Positions 8,724-19,362 of a DNA stretch of 64,000 nt are shown here, piece after piece; position 1 is the first letter of the stretch, and each line of letters starts with the position of its first letter. The position numbers were made by a program, and so were the translations under genes. Source of the stretch: Bacillota bacterium (GTDB taxonomy: Bacteria > Bacillota > Dehalobacteriia > UBA4068 > UBA4997); assembly GCA_021769035.1 (NCBI GenBank), contig JAETTP010000002.1, forward strand, positions 7,189-71,188, in the 5' to 3' direction. Under the pieces are notes generated by a model. It was not told the DNA's origin. It did no database searches and saw nothing but the letters and a program-made list of their open reading frames with translations.

Positions 8724-9176
8724 CTATTCCACATATTCGTGCAGGCGTTTCACCAGTTCCTTGGCGCACTGGCTGCTTGGGGTCAGCACAAAGATAGTAT
8801 CGTCGCCGGCCACGGAGCCCAGCACAGCCTCCCAATTCATCGTGTCCAGGCAGGCGGCCACCGCGTTAGCCATTCCCGGCAGGGTTTTCAGCAGCACCAT
8901 ATTCTCCGCCCCCAGCACCTTCAGCACATTATCCCGAAACATTCGGCGAGAGCGATCGCCATTGTTCACCACCACCGCGGCCGGCAGGCTGTAGCGAAAG
9001 GTGTTCTCGGAGGACACCACCTTAATCAGCCCCAGTTCCTTAATATCGCGGGAAATGGTGGCCTGCGTCACATCAAAGCCAAACTTGCGCAGCTCCTGGG
9101 TCAGCTGCAACTGCGTTTCGATATTCTGGTTCTCCACAATCTCCCTAATCATTCGATGCCGTTTATTTTTCATCAA
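8724..9176 (-). CDS. argR: arginine repressor
   Basis: 150-aa ArgR/AhrC-like protein with a winged-helix N-terminus and an oligomerisation C-terminus. Confidence 0.85.
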   Translation of the reverse strand: MMKNKRHRMIREIVENQNIETQLQLTQELRKFGFDVTQATISRDIKELGLIKVVSSENTFRYSLPAAVVVNNGDRSRRMFRDNVLKVLGAENMVLLKTLPGMANAVAACLDTMNWEAVLGSVAGDDTIFVLTPSSQCAKELVKRLHEYVE

Positions 9177-9221
9177 GGCCAGGCCCCTTTCTGCTCGTTG
9201 TAATATTATTCCGCCAACCGA

Positions 9222-10103
9222 CTACTCCGTCAGCAGCTTGCTTTTCAATTTTTTCAGGAACATACCGCGCTCCGGCCAGACGAAAATCGCCGGGTGCTCA
9301 AAGCGGCGCACCTCCACCACATCACCATTGGCAATGTCATGAAACTGCTGGCCGTCGAAAGCGATTTTGGCCGAATCCGCCGCGCTGCTCACCCGCAGCT
9401 TGATGTCGCTTTCCGCCGAAACCACCATCGGCCGGGAATACAAGCTGTGCGCCGCCACCGGGGTTATCAGCATAACCTCCGTTTCCGGCAGCACAATGGA
9501 GCCGCCGGCGGAAAGCGAGTAGGCGGTGGAGCCGGTGGGCGTGGCCACAATCAGGCCGTCGCCTTTCATTTCCACGGCCAGGGTGCCGTCAATCCACACG
9601 TTTATATCAATCATACGGCTGATGTTGCCGTTGTTGATGACAATATCATTCTGGGCCACTCCCTCGGCAATCGGCTGGCCGTTGCGCCAAACCCGGCCGA
9701 AGATTTGCATGCGCGGCTCCGGGAAATATTCGCCCTGCACCAGCCGCAGCAAATTGTGCGGCATACCCTCCGGCTCCAGGGACATCAAAAAGCCCAGGTT
9801 GCCCATATTCACCCCCACCAGCGGAATATCCAGCCGGGAGATGGCCCGCGCCACGGCAATCAGGGTGCCGTCGCCGCCAAAAACCACGGCCAATTCCGGC
9901 CAGCAGGCCCGGTCCAGCTGTTGCAGGTCGGCCAGCAGCAAGTCCGGCCGGTGCCCGGAGTAGCCCGGCAGCTCGCCGTCTTTGGGCAGCAGCAGCTCCA
10001 CCCCCTGCGCCTCCAGCAGGGCCGCCGCCGAACAAGCCGCCTTAACCCCCCAGGCCTTGTGTTCGTTCAGTAAAAAAACCACCCGGTTTATCCGTTTAGC
10101 CAT
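9222..10103 (-). CDS. nadK: NAD(+) kinase
   Basis: GGDGT and NxGxLGFL motifs. The ORF-track start at 10109 is TTG. The ATG at 10103, with a GGGGGG RBS 9 nt upstream, is preferred. Confidence 0.85.
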   Translation of the reverse strand: MAKRINRVVFLLNEHKAWGVKAACSAAALLEAQGVELLLPKDGELPGYSGHRPDLLLADLQQLDRACWPELAVVFGGDGTLIAVARAISRLDIPLVGVNMGNLGFLMSLEPEGMPHNLLRLVQGEYFPEPRMQIFGRVWRNGQPIAEGVAQNDIVINNGNISRMIDINVWIDGTLAVEMKGDGLIVATPTGSTAYSLSAGGSIVLPETEVMLITPVAAHSLYSRPMVVSAESDIKLRVSSAADSAKIAFDGQQFHDIANGDVVEVRRFEHPAIFVWPERGMFLKKLKSKLLTE

Positions 10104-10292
10104 TGGCAAGTCCCCCCTTGTTCTCGTTTTTATGCAGAATATTCACTATATATACAATATGTTTTTTTAAGCAATTTGTCAAGTCTTTTCTGCAAATTAA
10201 AGCAGCGTTTTTTAACTTAAAGCCGCTTTAATATTCCTTTCAGGCAAAAAGGGGGCTAAACCGTTAAATCTTTTCGGCTTAGCCCGCAAATT

Positions 10293-11108
10293 TTATTCAC
10301 TTTTTGTATGCAAGGTTGCCGCCGCCTGCTGCACCACGTTCTCCGGCTTTGGCATATCAGCCCCGCCGGCCTGCGGCTGCTTGCCCAGCCAAAGCAGATA
10401 TTCAATGTTGCCCTTGGGGCCCTTGATTGGGGAAAAATCCAAACCCCAAGCGTAAAAGCCCAAGGCCTCTGCCGCGGCCAGCACCTGGCGGATAACTTCC
10501 AAATGCACGGCCGGCTCCCGCACCACGCCGTTTTTGCCCACCTTTTCCCGGCCGGCCTCAAACTGCGGCTTAATCAGCGCCATCACAAAGCCCTGCGGCT
10601 TCAGCAGCGGATAAAGCGCCGGCAGCAGCTTGCCTAGGGAGATAAAAGCGGCGTCAATGGTGGCCGCGTCCAGCGGCTCCGGGATTTGCTCCGTCGTTAA
10701 ATAGCGGGCGTTGGTTTCCTCCAACACCACCACCCTTTCGTCCTGGCGCAGCTTCCAGGCCAGCTGGCCGTAGCCCACGTCCACGGCGTACACCTTGGCC
10801 GCTCCGTTTTGCAGGGCGCAGTCGGTAAAGCCTCCCGTGCTTGCCCCAATATCCGCCACCACCAGGCCGGCAAAATTCAGCCCAAAGCTTTGCACCGCCT
10901 TGGCCAGCTTTAAGCCGCCGCGGCTGACAAAGGGCAGCTCTTGCCCCGTCACCTGCAAGTCGGCCTCCGGCTTCACCTGGGCGCCGGCCTTATCCACAAT
11001 CTGCCCGTCCACGCTCACCCGGCGCGACATTATGGCCGTCCGGGCTTGCTCGCGGCTGGGGAACAAGCCATTTTCAACCAATAAAACATCTAAGCGCATT
11101 TTAACCAT
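10293..11108 (-). CDS. tlyA: TlyA-family rRNA (cytidine-2'-O)-methyltransferase
   Basis: S4-like N-terminus (RLDVLLVENGL) plus FtsJ-type methyltransferase motifs. It sits in the conserved tlyA-nadK-argR-recN neighbourhood. Confidence 0.8.
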   Translation of the reverse strand: MVKMRLDVLLVENGLFPSREQARTAIMSRRVSVDGQIVDKAGAQVKPEADLQVTGQELPFVSRGGLKLAKAVQSFGLNFAGLVVADIGASTGGFTDCALQNGAAKVYAVDVGYGQLAWKLRQDERVVVLEETNARYLTTEQIPEPLDAATIDAAFISLGKLLPALYPLLKPQGFVMALIKPQFEAGREKVGKNGVVREPAVHLEVIRQVLAAAEALGFYAWGLDFSPIKGPKGNIEYLLWLGKQPQAGGADMPKPENVVQQAAATLHTKSE

Positions 11109-11191
11109 TTTATATTGTACCTCAATTTACTATTTCTATCTTAATTGTACAATATTTTTAGATCAAAAGCAAGGCTATAATATAGGTTAAA

Positions 11192-13105
11192 TTATTTCGC
11201 AGTGGCAACAATAATGCGTATCCGCCCGCCCTTGCTCATGCTCTTATCGTAATAAGCGCGCAATGTGTAGTTACTGCTGTTCAGTAAATTCAGGCTGGTT
11301 TGGTAGTAGGAGCCGTCGCGGCTTTCGTAAACCTGCACGCCGTCGGCCAGCAGCCATTTAACCCCAGCCGAATCGGTGACGCTGTTGGCCCCGTCGATAG
11401 ACTGCAAATTAACGCTGCTCAAATTGCTCATTGAAACCACGCTTTCGCCAATCTGCAAAATGGCTGCCGCGCCCCGGTTGACATTGTAAGACACATTGCC
11501 ACCGCCAATTTTCTGCACCTGTCCGTTGATTACGCACTCGTAGCTGCCGCTGCTGCCCTCCTCGTCGGCCTTTTGCAAAATGCCGTAGGTGAACAAGTCG
11601 CCACTGACGTTGTTCAAAATCAGCTTGCTGATGTAACCGTCCTCGTCCTGCTCCCAATACAGCACGTCGGAGGCCTCCAGGCGCATGCCGGCCAGCCGGC
11701 TGCGGTGCAGCTTAACCGCCGCAACCTTAATCGGATTGGCTTTGGTTTGGTAAACGTCCAAAATTTCCACATTGGCCGCCATCTGCCGGTTGCCAATTCG
11801 GTTGGCTTCCGCATCCACCGTGCCGCTCAGATTGCCGCGGGCGGAGCTGCCCAAGCCGCTTATCGTGCTGGTGCCGCCGCTGGTACGCACCCGCACCAAA
11901 GCGCCCACATTGTAGCCCTTGTTGGTGGAAATCTCGTAGCTTTGGCCGTCGGTTGCCAAAACTTGCACATAGTCGGTGCGGTAATCGTTGGCGGAACTAT
12001 CGCTGTAATTTTTGGTGCCCACCGCGCTCACCACGCCAACCAGCTCGCTGGTGGTGGCCATGGTAGCGTTGCCGCTGCCCGCGCCCAGCACCGCCACCAC
12101 GCTGTCGTCCCGGCCCAGCAGCACCGTCAGGCTTTCGCCCAGGCTATGGCCGCCCAAAACGGAAAGGGCGTAGGCCGCCTCGCTGCTGCCCACCTTGTAG
12201 GTAACGCCGGAGATAACCACGCTTTCCGGGCTGGTGCGGTCCGGCAAGGCGTTTTCATAAGTGCCGGTGCGCTGCTTGTTGTAGGCCCAAACGGTGCGCA
12301 TACCGCTGGAATAGTAAATCACGTCGTTCACCTGCACGCCAGCTGTGGAGCTGGCCGCGTCGTTGCGGTAAACAGTGGTCGGCTCAAAGCCCAGGCTGCT
12401 CTGCCAGCTGCTGTCGGAAACCACAAAGGGCCCGGAAATCTTGTCGTTCAGCAGGGAGAGGTAATCAATGCGGCCGCCCGCGTCCAGATTATAGCCCAGG
12501 GTTTGGGCCAAAACCTGTCCGGATTTGGTTTTCGCATTCAGCATATTGTAAATCAGATAAGCGCAGTCGCGCCGGGTCAGCTCGACCTCCGGGTCGCTCA
12601 AACTGAGGCCGTCGTCCAGCTTCAGCGAATGATAAAGCGACATCTGGCCGGTGGGATAGCTGCCGGCAAAATCGGCCTCGGTGTAGCCCAGGTTTTTCAG
12701 AACCACCGTCACGGCCTCAGCCAGCTTCACGCCGGCGTCCGGGCGGAAGGTGCCGTCCAGATAACCGCTGATCAGGCCCATATCCCGCGCAGTTTTAATA
12801 TAACCGGCCGCCCAGTGGCTGCGCGTCACGTCGTTGTAGGGCGAAAAGGAGCCCTGCATTTCCACCGCGTCTTTGCCGGAGCTGGCCGCCAGCACCATTT
12901 TGGTGAACTCCGCCCGCGTCACGCCGGAGCTCAGGTTCAGGCTGCCGCTTTCGTCGCCGTTCATAATCTCCAGCGCCGCCAGCACGTTCAGCATGCTGGC
13001 CTCGTTGAGGGCCGCGCCGCCCTCCGCCGCCCAGGCGACGGCCGGGTGCAGCCCGCAGAAGACCATAAACAGCAGGCTGAAAATTATATATCTTGCTTGC
13101 TTCAT
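11192..13105 (-). CDS. S-layer homology (SLH) domain-containing cell-surface protein
   Basis: Signal peptide, then tandem SLH-like segments (FSPYNDVTRSHWAAGYIKTARDMGLISGY...), then a large Ser/Gly/Thr-rich domain. Confidence 0.7.
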   Translation of the reverse strand: MKQARYIIFSLLFMVFCGLHPAVAWAAEGGAALNEASMLNVLAALEIMNGDESGSLNLSSGVTRAEFTKMVLAASSGKDAVEMQGSFSPYNDVTRSHWAAGYIKTARDMGLISGYLDGTFRPDAGVKLAEAVTVVLKNLGYTEADFAGSYPTGQMSLYHSLKLDDGLSLSDPEVELTRRDCAYLIYNMLNAKTKSGQVLAQTLGYNLDAGGRIDYLSLLNDKISGPFVVSDSSWQSSLGFEPTTVYRNDAASSTAGVQVNDVIYYSSGMRTVWAYNKQRTGTYENALPDRTSPESVVISGVTYKVGSSEAAYALSVLGGHSLGESLTVLLGRDDSVVAVLGAGSGNATMATTSELVGVVSAVGTKNYSDSSANDYRTDYVQVLATDGQSYEISTNKGYNVGALVRVRTSGGTSTISGLGSSARGNLSGTVDAEANRIGNRQMAANVEILDVYQTKANPIKVAAVKLHRSRLAGMRLEASDVLYWEQDEDGYISKLILNNVSGDLFTYGILQKADEEGSSGSYECVINGQVQKIGGGNVSYNVNRGAAAILQIGESVVSMSNLSSVNLQSIDGANSVTDSAGVKWLLADGVQVYESRDGSYYQTSLNLLNSSNYTLRAYYDKSMSKGGRIRIIVATAK

Positions 13106-13123
13106 TAAATTATTCCTCCTATA

Positions 13124-14314
13124 TTAATCGTATCTCAAAGCGTCAATCGGATTAAGCTTCGCCGCCTTATTAGCCGGTAAGTAACCGAATATAATGCCAA
13201 TGCCCACGGAAATGCCGAAAGAAAGCAAAATCGGGCTCAAGGTTGGCGTGATGGTGGTGTTCATCAGCACGCCGGCCGCCGCGCCCACCAGAGAGCCCAG
13301 CACAATGCCAATCACGCCGCCAATGGCGCTGGTGCTGGCGGCCTCGATGATAAATTGCAGCCGTATATCCCGCCGCTTGGCCCCCAGCGATTTGCGGATA
13401 CCGATTTCCCGCGTGCGCTCCGTGACGGAAACCAGCATAATATTCATAATCCCAATGCCGCCCACCAACAGGGAAATGCCGGCAATGGCCGCCAGCACCG
13501 TCACAATGGTGCTTTGCATTTTGTTGTATTCCTCCAGCATTTCGCTCAGGCTTTCCACATAGTAAAAGCCGCCGTCGTCATCGTCGCTGGAAAGCTTGGC
13601 CGCCAGCATGGCCTCAATCGTTTCCCGCGCCGCCGCAATGTTCTCCTTGCTGGTGGCGTTCAGGCCGTAGTTGTTCACCCGGCTGGTGCCGTTAAGCTGC
13701 AAAGCCACGGTGTAAGGCAGGAAAATATTATTGTCCTCGCTGCGCTCCGTGTTGTCGCCCTGTTGCTCAATAACCCCGATTACCGTCAGCGCCTCGCCGT
13801 TAATTTTGATAACCTTGCCCAGCGCGTCGCCGCCCAGATAATTCTCGGCCACATAGCTGCCAACCACGCAAACGTGCTCCTTGCGGGCAACGTCCACATA
13901 CTGCAAAAAGCGCCCCTGGCTCATCTTCAGCAGCTGCAGGCTGTCATAGGCCTCGCTTACGCCGTTCAGAGAGGTTTGCCCAAACGCTTCCGTGCCGCTT
14001 TTGGCCTGGCCCTCCACATTCACCAGCGGGCTCAGGTCGCAAAGCAAGTCCGGGTTGCTGTTCACCAAATCATACATATCGTCAACCGTAACCTGGCGGG
14101 AGGATTCTCCCCGGCCGTAAACGCCCACCTGGATAATATTTGCGCCCAGGCTGCTGAACATCTCGTTCACTTGGTTCATCAGGCCTTGGCCAATGCTCAT
14201 AATCGCAATCACCGCCGCCACGCCGATAATAATGCCCAGCATAGTCAGAATAGAGCGCAGCTTGCTGGCCATCAAGCTTTTGAAAGACATCTTAAACGCT
14301 TGCTGTATATCCAT
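13124..14314 (-). CDS. ABC transporter permease, MacB/FtsX family
   Basis: N-terminal TM helix, large extracytoplasmic domain and a C-terminal FtsX-like 3-TM bundle. Confidence 0.85.
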   Translation of the reverse strand: MDIQQAFKMSFKSLMASKLRSILTMLGIIIGVAAVIAIMSIGQGLMNQVNEMFSSLGANIIQVGVYGRGESSRQVTVDDMYDLVNSNPDLLCDLSPLVNVEGQAKSGTEAFGQTSLNGVSEAYDSLQLLKMSQGRFLQYVDVARKEHVCVVGSYVAENYLGGDALGKVIKINGEALTVIGVIEQQGDNTERSEDNNIFLPYTVALQLNGTSRVNNYGLNATSKENIAAARETIEAMLAAKLSSDDDDGGFYYVESLSEMLEEYNKMQSTIVTVLAAIAGISLLVGGIGIMNIMLVSVTERTREIGIRKSLGAKRRDIRLQFIIEAASTSAIGGVIGIVLGSLVGAAAGVLMNTTITPTLSPILLSFGISVGIGIIFGYLPANKAAKLNPIDALRYD

Positions 14315-15063
14315 TAAACCGCCTGCACCTCCTCCGGCAACGGCATTTCGTCCGGCTGCACCACGGCCTCCGGCCTATCCGCCGGCCCGTCGTAAATTAT
14401 CCGCCCGTCCGCCAGCCGCACAATGCGCTCCGCCTGCCGGGCGATGGAATTGTCGTGCGTAATCAGCACAATGGTGCTGCCGCCCCGGTGCAGCTTTTGC
14501 AAAAAGCTCAGCACCTCGCGGCCGGTGTGGCTATCCAGCGCGCCGGTGGGCTCGTCAGCCAAAATCACCTGCGGGTCGCCCGCCAGGGCCCGCGCAATGG
14601 AAACGCGCTGCTGCTGGCCGCCGGAAAGCTGGCTGGGCAGGTTCTGGGCCTTTTCGCGCAGGCCCACCCGCTCCAAGGAGGCCAAAGCCCGCCGCTGCCG
14701 CTCCGCCGGCGGCAGGCCGGCGTAAAGCAGGGGCAGCTCCACATTCTCGCACAGGTTCAGCTTAGGAATTAAGTTGTACTGCTGGAAGATGAAGCCCAGC
14801 ATTTTGTTGCGGATTTCCGCCTGCTCGTCGTCCTTCATCGTGGAAACGTCCACCCCGTTCAGGTGATAGCTGCCGGAGGTTGGCACGTCCAGGCAGCCGA
14901 TAATGTTCATGCAGGTGGATTTGCCGCTGCCGCTCTGGCCCACAATGGCCACAAACTCGCCCCGTTCAATGGTTAGGGAAACGCCGTCTAAAGCCCGCAC
15001 CTCGGAATCGCCCATCTGGTAGATTTTATAAATATCCTGTAATTCAATTAAAGCTTCTGCCAT
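14314..15063 (-). CDS. ABC transporter ATP-binding protein (MacB/LolD-like)
   Basis: Walker A GQSGSGKST, signature LSGGQQQRV and Walker B ILADEPTGALD. Confidence 0.9.
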   Translation of the reverse strand: MAEALIELQDIYKIYQMGDSEVRALDGVSLTIERGEFVAIVGQSGSGKSTCMNIIGCLDVPTSGSYHLNGVDVSTMKDDEQAEIRNKMLGFIFQQYNLIPKLNLCENVELPLLYAGLPPAERQRRALASLERVGLREKAQNLPSQLSGGQQQRVSIARALAGDPQVILADEPTGALDSHTGREVLSFLQKLHRGGSTIVLITHDNSIARQAERIVRLADGRIIYDGPADRPEAVVQPDEMPLPEEVQAV

Positions 15064-15078
15064 TATCCGCTCACCGCC

Positions 15079-16686
15079 TTAGCCAGCAGTTACTACAACT
15101 GTACCGCCTGGGCCGCCCGGCCCGCCGGGCCCGCCAAAGCCGCCGGACATATCCATACCGTTAGCCGGCACGGCAATCATCTCGCCCTCCTCCAGGCCGG
15201 AAATGATTTCTATGTAGGAATCATCGTTAACGCCAATTTCCACCTCGCGCCAAACGTAGCCCTCCGGGGTGGTTTGGCCGGCCGGCGGCTCCACATCGCT
15301 TTCTGCCTCAGCACCTTGCACCAGCACCAAATTGCCGCGCTGCACCGCGCCTGCCGGCACCGCCAGCACATTCTCCGCCTGTTGCAGCATAATGGTGGCG
15401 TTGATGTTCATGCCCGGCAGCAGGTTGCCGTATTCGTCCAGCTTCACCGTCACCGGGTAAGTGGTTACGCCGTTGTTGCTTTTGCCATTGATACTGATTT
15501 TGCTGACGTAGCCCTCAAACTGCTCACCCTCCAGGGCGTCGCAGGTGATTTGCACCTTTTGGCCCACTTGCAGCTTGCCGATGTCCAGCTCGTCAATATT
15601 CATCGTAAATTCCAACTGGCTCATATCGTAGATAACCGCCATCTCGCTGGCGTTGTTGTTGGAATCAATGGTGTCGCCCTGCTCAAATTTCTTTTCAATC
15701 ACCGTGCCAGCAATCGGCGAAGTAATGGTGTACTCGTCCAGCTGGGCCTGGGCGTTGTCCAGATTCAGCTGGGCGTTGCGCAGCCCCGTTTCCACCTGAG
15801 TGGAGGAAAGGCGCAGCAGGCTTTGCCCCTTGCTCACAACGTCGCCCTCTTTAACGTAAAGCTCCGCCAAATCGCCGCTCACTTCCGCCATAATCTGCTC
15901 GCTGTGGCGATATTCAAAGGTGCCGCTGCCCGCGCAGACAAAGCCGCCGGCCTCCGCCGTGGCAAAAACGCCCTCCGTCAGGCCGCCGGGGTTCTGCACC
16001 AAAATGCTCACCTCGTGGGTCAGGGTGCCGCCGGTGCCCACCTGCTGCACCGAGGAAATCTCCGTAATCGTGCCGGAAAATCGCTCGCCGGTGCTCTGCA
16101 TAATCACCTCCGCCGTTTGGCCGGGTTGCAGCTGAGCGGCCTCCGTGGTCAAAAATGGCACTTTCAGCAGCATATTCTGCCGGTCCTGCAATTCAATCAG
16201 CAGGCTGCCGGCGTTCACGCTCTCGCCCTGCTCGTAATGGATTTTCACAATCTGGCCGTCCGCCGGGGCCGTCACATTCAACTTGCCGGCCTCCTCCTGC
16301 GCGGTTTGCAGGTTCAGCTGGCTTTGGGTGTAGCTGTTTTTGGCCCGGTCCGGGTCAATCTGAAAAAGAACCTTGCCGGCTTCAATAACATCGCCCTCCT
16401 CAAAAGGCGCGCTTAAAACATCGCCCGTAACCAGGGCCTTAACCGTGTAGGAATTGACCGGCTGCACGGTGCCTGTGCCCTCCAGGGTGGAGGAAATCGT
16501 GCGCCGCGCCACCTCCTCAAAGAAAAATTCCGGCGCCGGCGGCTCCTTTTCCGCCAACATTCCGGGCACACGGGACGCCACCAACAGCAAGACTACCACA
16601 CCGGCTGCCACCATCAGCTTCTTCTTGCCGCTGAGCCCGCTCCACTTTGTTTTGCCGTTTTTCACGGCTTGTGAGAGTTTAGACAT
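15079..16686 (-). CDS. HlyD-family efflux transporter periplasmic adaptor subunit
   Basis: N-terminal TM anchor, coiled-coil/lipoyl/beta-barrel layout and a Gly/Pro-rich C-terminal tail. Confidence 0.8.
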   Translation of the reverse strand: MSKLSQAVKNGKTKWSGLSGKKKLMVAAGVVVLLLVASRVPGMLAEKEPPAPEFFFEEVARRTISSTLEGTGTVQPVNSYTVKALVTGDVLSAPFEEGDVIEAGKVLFQIDPDRAKNSYTQSQLNLQTAQEEAGKLNVTAPADGQIVKIHYEQGESVNAGSLLIELQDRQNMLLKVPFLTTEAAQLQPGQTAEVIMQSTGERFSGTITEISSVQQVGTGGTLTHEVSILVQNPGGLTEGVFATAEAGGFVCAGSGTFEYRHSEQIMAEVSGDLAELYVKEGDVVSKGQSLLRLSSTQVETGLRNAQLNLDNAQAQLDEYTITSPIAGTVIEKKFEQGDTIDSNNNASEMAVIYDMSQLEFTMNIDELDIGKLQVGQKVQITCDALEGEQFEGYVSKISINGKSNNGVTTYPVTVKLDEYGNLLPGMNINATIMLQQAENVLAVPAGAVQRGNLVLVQGAEAESDVEPPAGQTTPEGYVWREVEIGVNDDSYIEIISGLEEGEMIAVPANGMDMSGGFGGPGGPGGPGGTVVVTAG

Positions 16687-16943
16687 CTGCTACCTCCTAA
16701 AAATATTGCTGTAATATGTTTCAGCTTAATTATACAATGCCTTTTTCAAGTTTTTATGTGTCTTACGTGAATTTTGTGTGAAGAAATTGGAAAAATTATG
16801 TGTGCAATAAGCTGTTTTTCTTTATAATAAGTCAAGGCGGTATTCCCCAAATGAAATACCGCCACGATCAAGGTTTCTATGCTATAATTAAATCCTATCT
16901 ACTAACAATCAGCAGATTTGCCCCTATCCCCCCCTATTTATTG

Positions 16944-17495
16944 TTAAGAATTTAGAGCCGCGCAATTTTTACGGTGCGCTTTCAGCTTTTTCAGGGCCCA
17001 ATCGTAATGGCTGGAGGTGACGCTGACAAAATAGGAGCCCAACGCATTGTTGCCGGCCCACTTGAACACGCCCTTGCTGAAAAGCTGCTCATTGGAAAAC
17101 TCCGCCGCCAAAGCCAGCACCGCCGCGTGCGACTGCGCCAACAGCGTCTGCGCCTCCGCCAGGCTGGTGTTTTGGTGCCGCTGCCAAAATTCCTGATTCA
17201 TCTGGCCGTAGGTTTTCCAGTTGTAAGGCGCGGGCAAAAAGGGCCGCTCCTCCCCGGCCTGGTTGGCCTGCACCCATTTAAGCAGCAGCTGGTGCCACTC
17301 CCAAAGGTGCACCCAAACGTCCCGCAAATTCTTATCCCGCCGCCAATGCGCCTCTTTTTTCTTTTCGTCTGCGGAAAAATCAAAGGGCGTTGCCAGCTCC
17401 GCCGCCGTCAGGCCCGCGGCAAAATCATTCAGCTTCTGCCAGTTGGCAGCCGCCTGCTGCATTAAATCCTCTTTAGTGGTCGGTCTACTCATCAC
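16944..17495 (-). CDS. ClbS/DfsB-family four-helix-bundle protein (DUF1706)
   Basis: 183 aa with PYNWKTYGQMN and HYDWA motifs characteristic of the family. Confidence 0.65.
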   Translation of the reverse strand: MMSRPTTKEDLMQQAAANWQKLNDFAAGLTAAELATPFDFSADEKKKEAHWRRDKNLRDVWVHLWEWHQLLLKWVQANQAGEERPFLPAPYNWKTYGQMNQEFWQRHQNTSLAEAQTLLAQSHAAVLALAAEFSNEQLFSKGVFKWAGNNALGSYFVSVTSSHYDWALKKLKAHRKNCAALNS

Positions 17496-17641
17496 AAATT
17501 CCTCTTTTCTTTTAAGATAAACCTATTATACCGCATTTAATCTGACAACAGCCTGTCAGGTTTTATTTTTTTACTTGCTTTGCTTAGCAATATTTGCTAT
17601 AATTAAAGCAACATTTTAATTGGAAAGGCAGGGTACATCAG

Positions 17642-19330
17642 ATGAAAGTTGTTATTGTAGGCGGCGTGGCCGGCGGCGCCTCAGCTGCGGCCCGCCTGCG
17701 CCGCTTGGACGAGCAAGCCGAAATTACTATTTTTGAACGCTCCGGCTATATTTCCTATGCCAACTGCGGCCTGCCCTACTATATCGGCGGGGTTATTGAA
17801 GAGCAAGAAGAGCTGACGCTGCAAACCCCAGCCAGCTTCCAAAGACGCTTTAACATTGAAGTTAAGGTGGGCCACGAGGTGCAGGCGATTGACCGGGCCC
17901 AAAAGCAGGTCACCGTCTGCGATTTAGCCAGCGGCCAAACCTTTCAAGCCGGCTACGATAAGCTGATTTTGGCGCCCGGCGCTCAGCCGGTGCGGCCGCC
18001 GCTGCCCGGCGTGGACAGCCCGCGCCTGCTCACCTTGCGCACCGTGGAGGACACCCTGCATATCCGGGAGGCCGCCACGGCAGACGGCGTGCAGTCCGCG
18101 GTGGTAATCGGCGGCGGCTTTATCGGGGTGGAAATGGCGGAAAACCTGCGGGAGCTTGGTCTAAACGTCAGCCTGATTCAGCGGGAAAATCACCTGCTGG
18201 CCCCATTGGACCAGGATTTGGCCAGCTTCCTGCACGCTCACATGCGGGAACATGGAGTAAACCTGCTGCTGGAGCAGACCGTCACCGGCTTTGCGGAAAC
18301 CGAGGCCGGCATTGCCGTGCAGCTGGCCGCGGGCGAGCCCGTCCGCGCAGATCTGGCGATTTTGGCTATCGGCGTGCAGCCGGAAAACGCCCTGGCCAAA
18401 GCAGCCGGCCTCCAGCTGGGCACCAAAGGCAGCATTACCGTCAACGAGCGCATGCAAACCTCCGACCCGGATATTTACGCCGTGGGCGACGCAGTGGCCA
18501 TCACCAACACCGTCACCGGCCAGCCGGCTGTAATCGCCCTGGCCGGGCCGGCCAACAAACAGGGCCGCGTGGCCGCCGACAACATCGCCGGGCTGGACAG
18601 CCGCTATGCCGGCTCTCCCGGCTCCTCGGTGCTCAAGGTTTTTGAGATGACCGCCGCCTTTTGCGGCCTGAATGAGCAAGCCGCCCAGGCCGCCGGACTG
18701 GCCTATGAAAAGCTGATTGTTTCCCCGGCCTCCCATGCCGCCTACTACCCCGGCGGCCGCCAGATGACGATTAAGCTGCTGTTTGACAAACAGACGGAGA
18801 AAATCCTGGGCGCGCAAATTGTCGGCTTCGACGGCGTGGACAAACGGCTGGACGTTATCGCCTGCGCTATGCAGGCCGGACTTAGCGTCCGCGCCTTAAA
18901 GGAGCTGGATTTGGCCTACGCCCCGCCCTATTCCTCCGCCAAGGACCCGGTAAATATGCTGGGCTTTGTGGCGGAAAATGTCATCACCGGCAAGGTGAAG
19001 CAATTCTTTTATGAGGATATCGCCGGCCTCCCCAAGGACGGCAGCGTCACCCTGCTGGACACCCGCACGGAGGCGGAATATCGCCGGGGCCACGCGGCAG
19101 ATTTTGGGCTGAATATCCCGCTGGACAGCCTGCGGGAACGCCTGGCCGAACTGCCGGCGGACAAGCCGGTTTACGTGATGTGCCAAACCGGTATCCGCAG
19201 CTACATCGCCTGCCGGATTTTGCAGCAAAATGGCTTTGACTGCTTTAATTTCGCCGGCGGCTATCGCTTCTATGCCAGTGTGCACGACGACCAATTTGAC
19301 GCAGATTGCCGCACCGATTGCGGCCTGTAA
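17642..19330 (+). CDS. FAD-dependent pyridine nucleotide-disulfide oxidoreductase (CoA-disulfide reductase/NADH oxidase-like) with C-terminal rhodanese domain
   Basis: GGVAGG FAD-binding site, redox-active Cys (SYANCGLPY) and a C-terminal rhodanese active-site Cys (CQTGIRS). Confidence 0.8.
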   Translation: MKVVIVGGVAGGASAAARLRRLDEQAEITIFERSGYISYANCGLPYYIGGVIEEQEELTLQTPASFQRRFNIEVKVGHEVQAIDRAQKQVTVCDLASGQTFQAGYDKLILAPGAQPVRPPLPGVDSPRLLTLRTVEDTLHIREAATADGVQSAVVIGGGFIGVEMAENLRELGLNVSLIQRENHLLAPLDQDLASFLHAHMREHGVNLLLEQTVTGFAETEAGIAVQLAAGEPVRADLAILAIGVQPENALAKAAGLQLGTKGSITVNERMQTSDPDIYAVGDAVAITNTVTGQPAVIALAGPANKQGRVAADNIAGLDSRYAGSPGSSVLKVFEMTAAFCGLNEQAAQAAGLAYEKLIVSPASHAAYYPGGRQMTIKLLFDKQTEKILGAQIVGFDGVDKRLDVIACAMQAGLSVRALKELDLAYAPPYSSAKDPVNMLGFVAENVITGKVKQFFYEDIAGLPKDGSVTLLDTRTEAEYRRGHAADFGLNIPLDSLRERLAELPADKPVYVMCQTGIRSYIACRILQQNGFDCFNFAGGYRFYASVHDDQFDADCRTDCGL

Positions 19331-19362
19331 TATTATTTAAAATAGAAAGGAAGCTTGCGACT

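Noticed and set aside
11573-13108. 511-aa plus-strand ORF
   Set aside because: Antisense shadow of the SLH surface-protein gene. Ala/Gly/His-rich with no start context.
15274-16416. 380-aa plus-strand ORF
   Set aside because: Antisense to the HlyD adaptor gene. Arg/Ala/Leu-rich low-complexity product.
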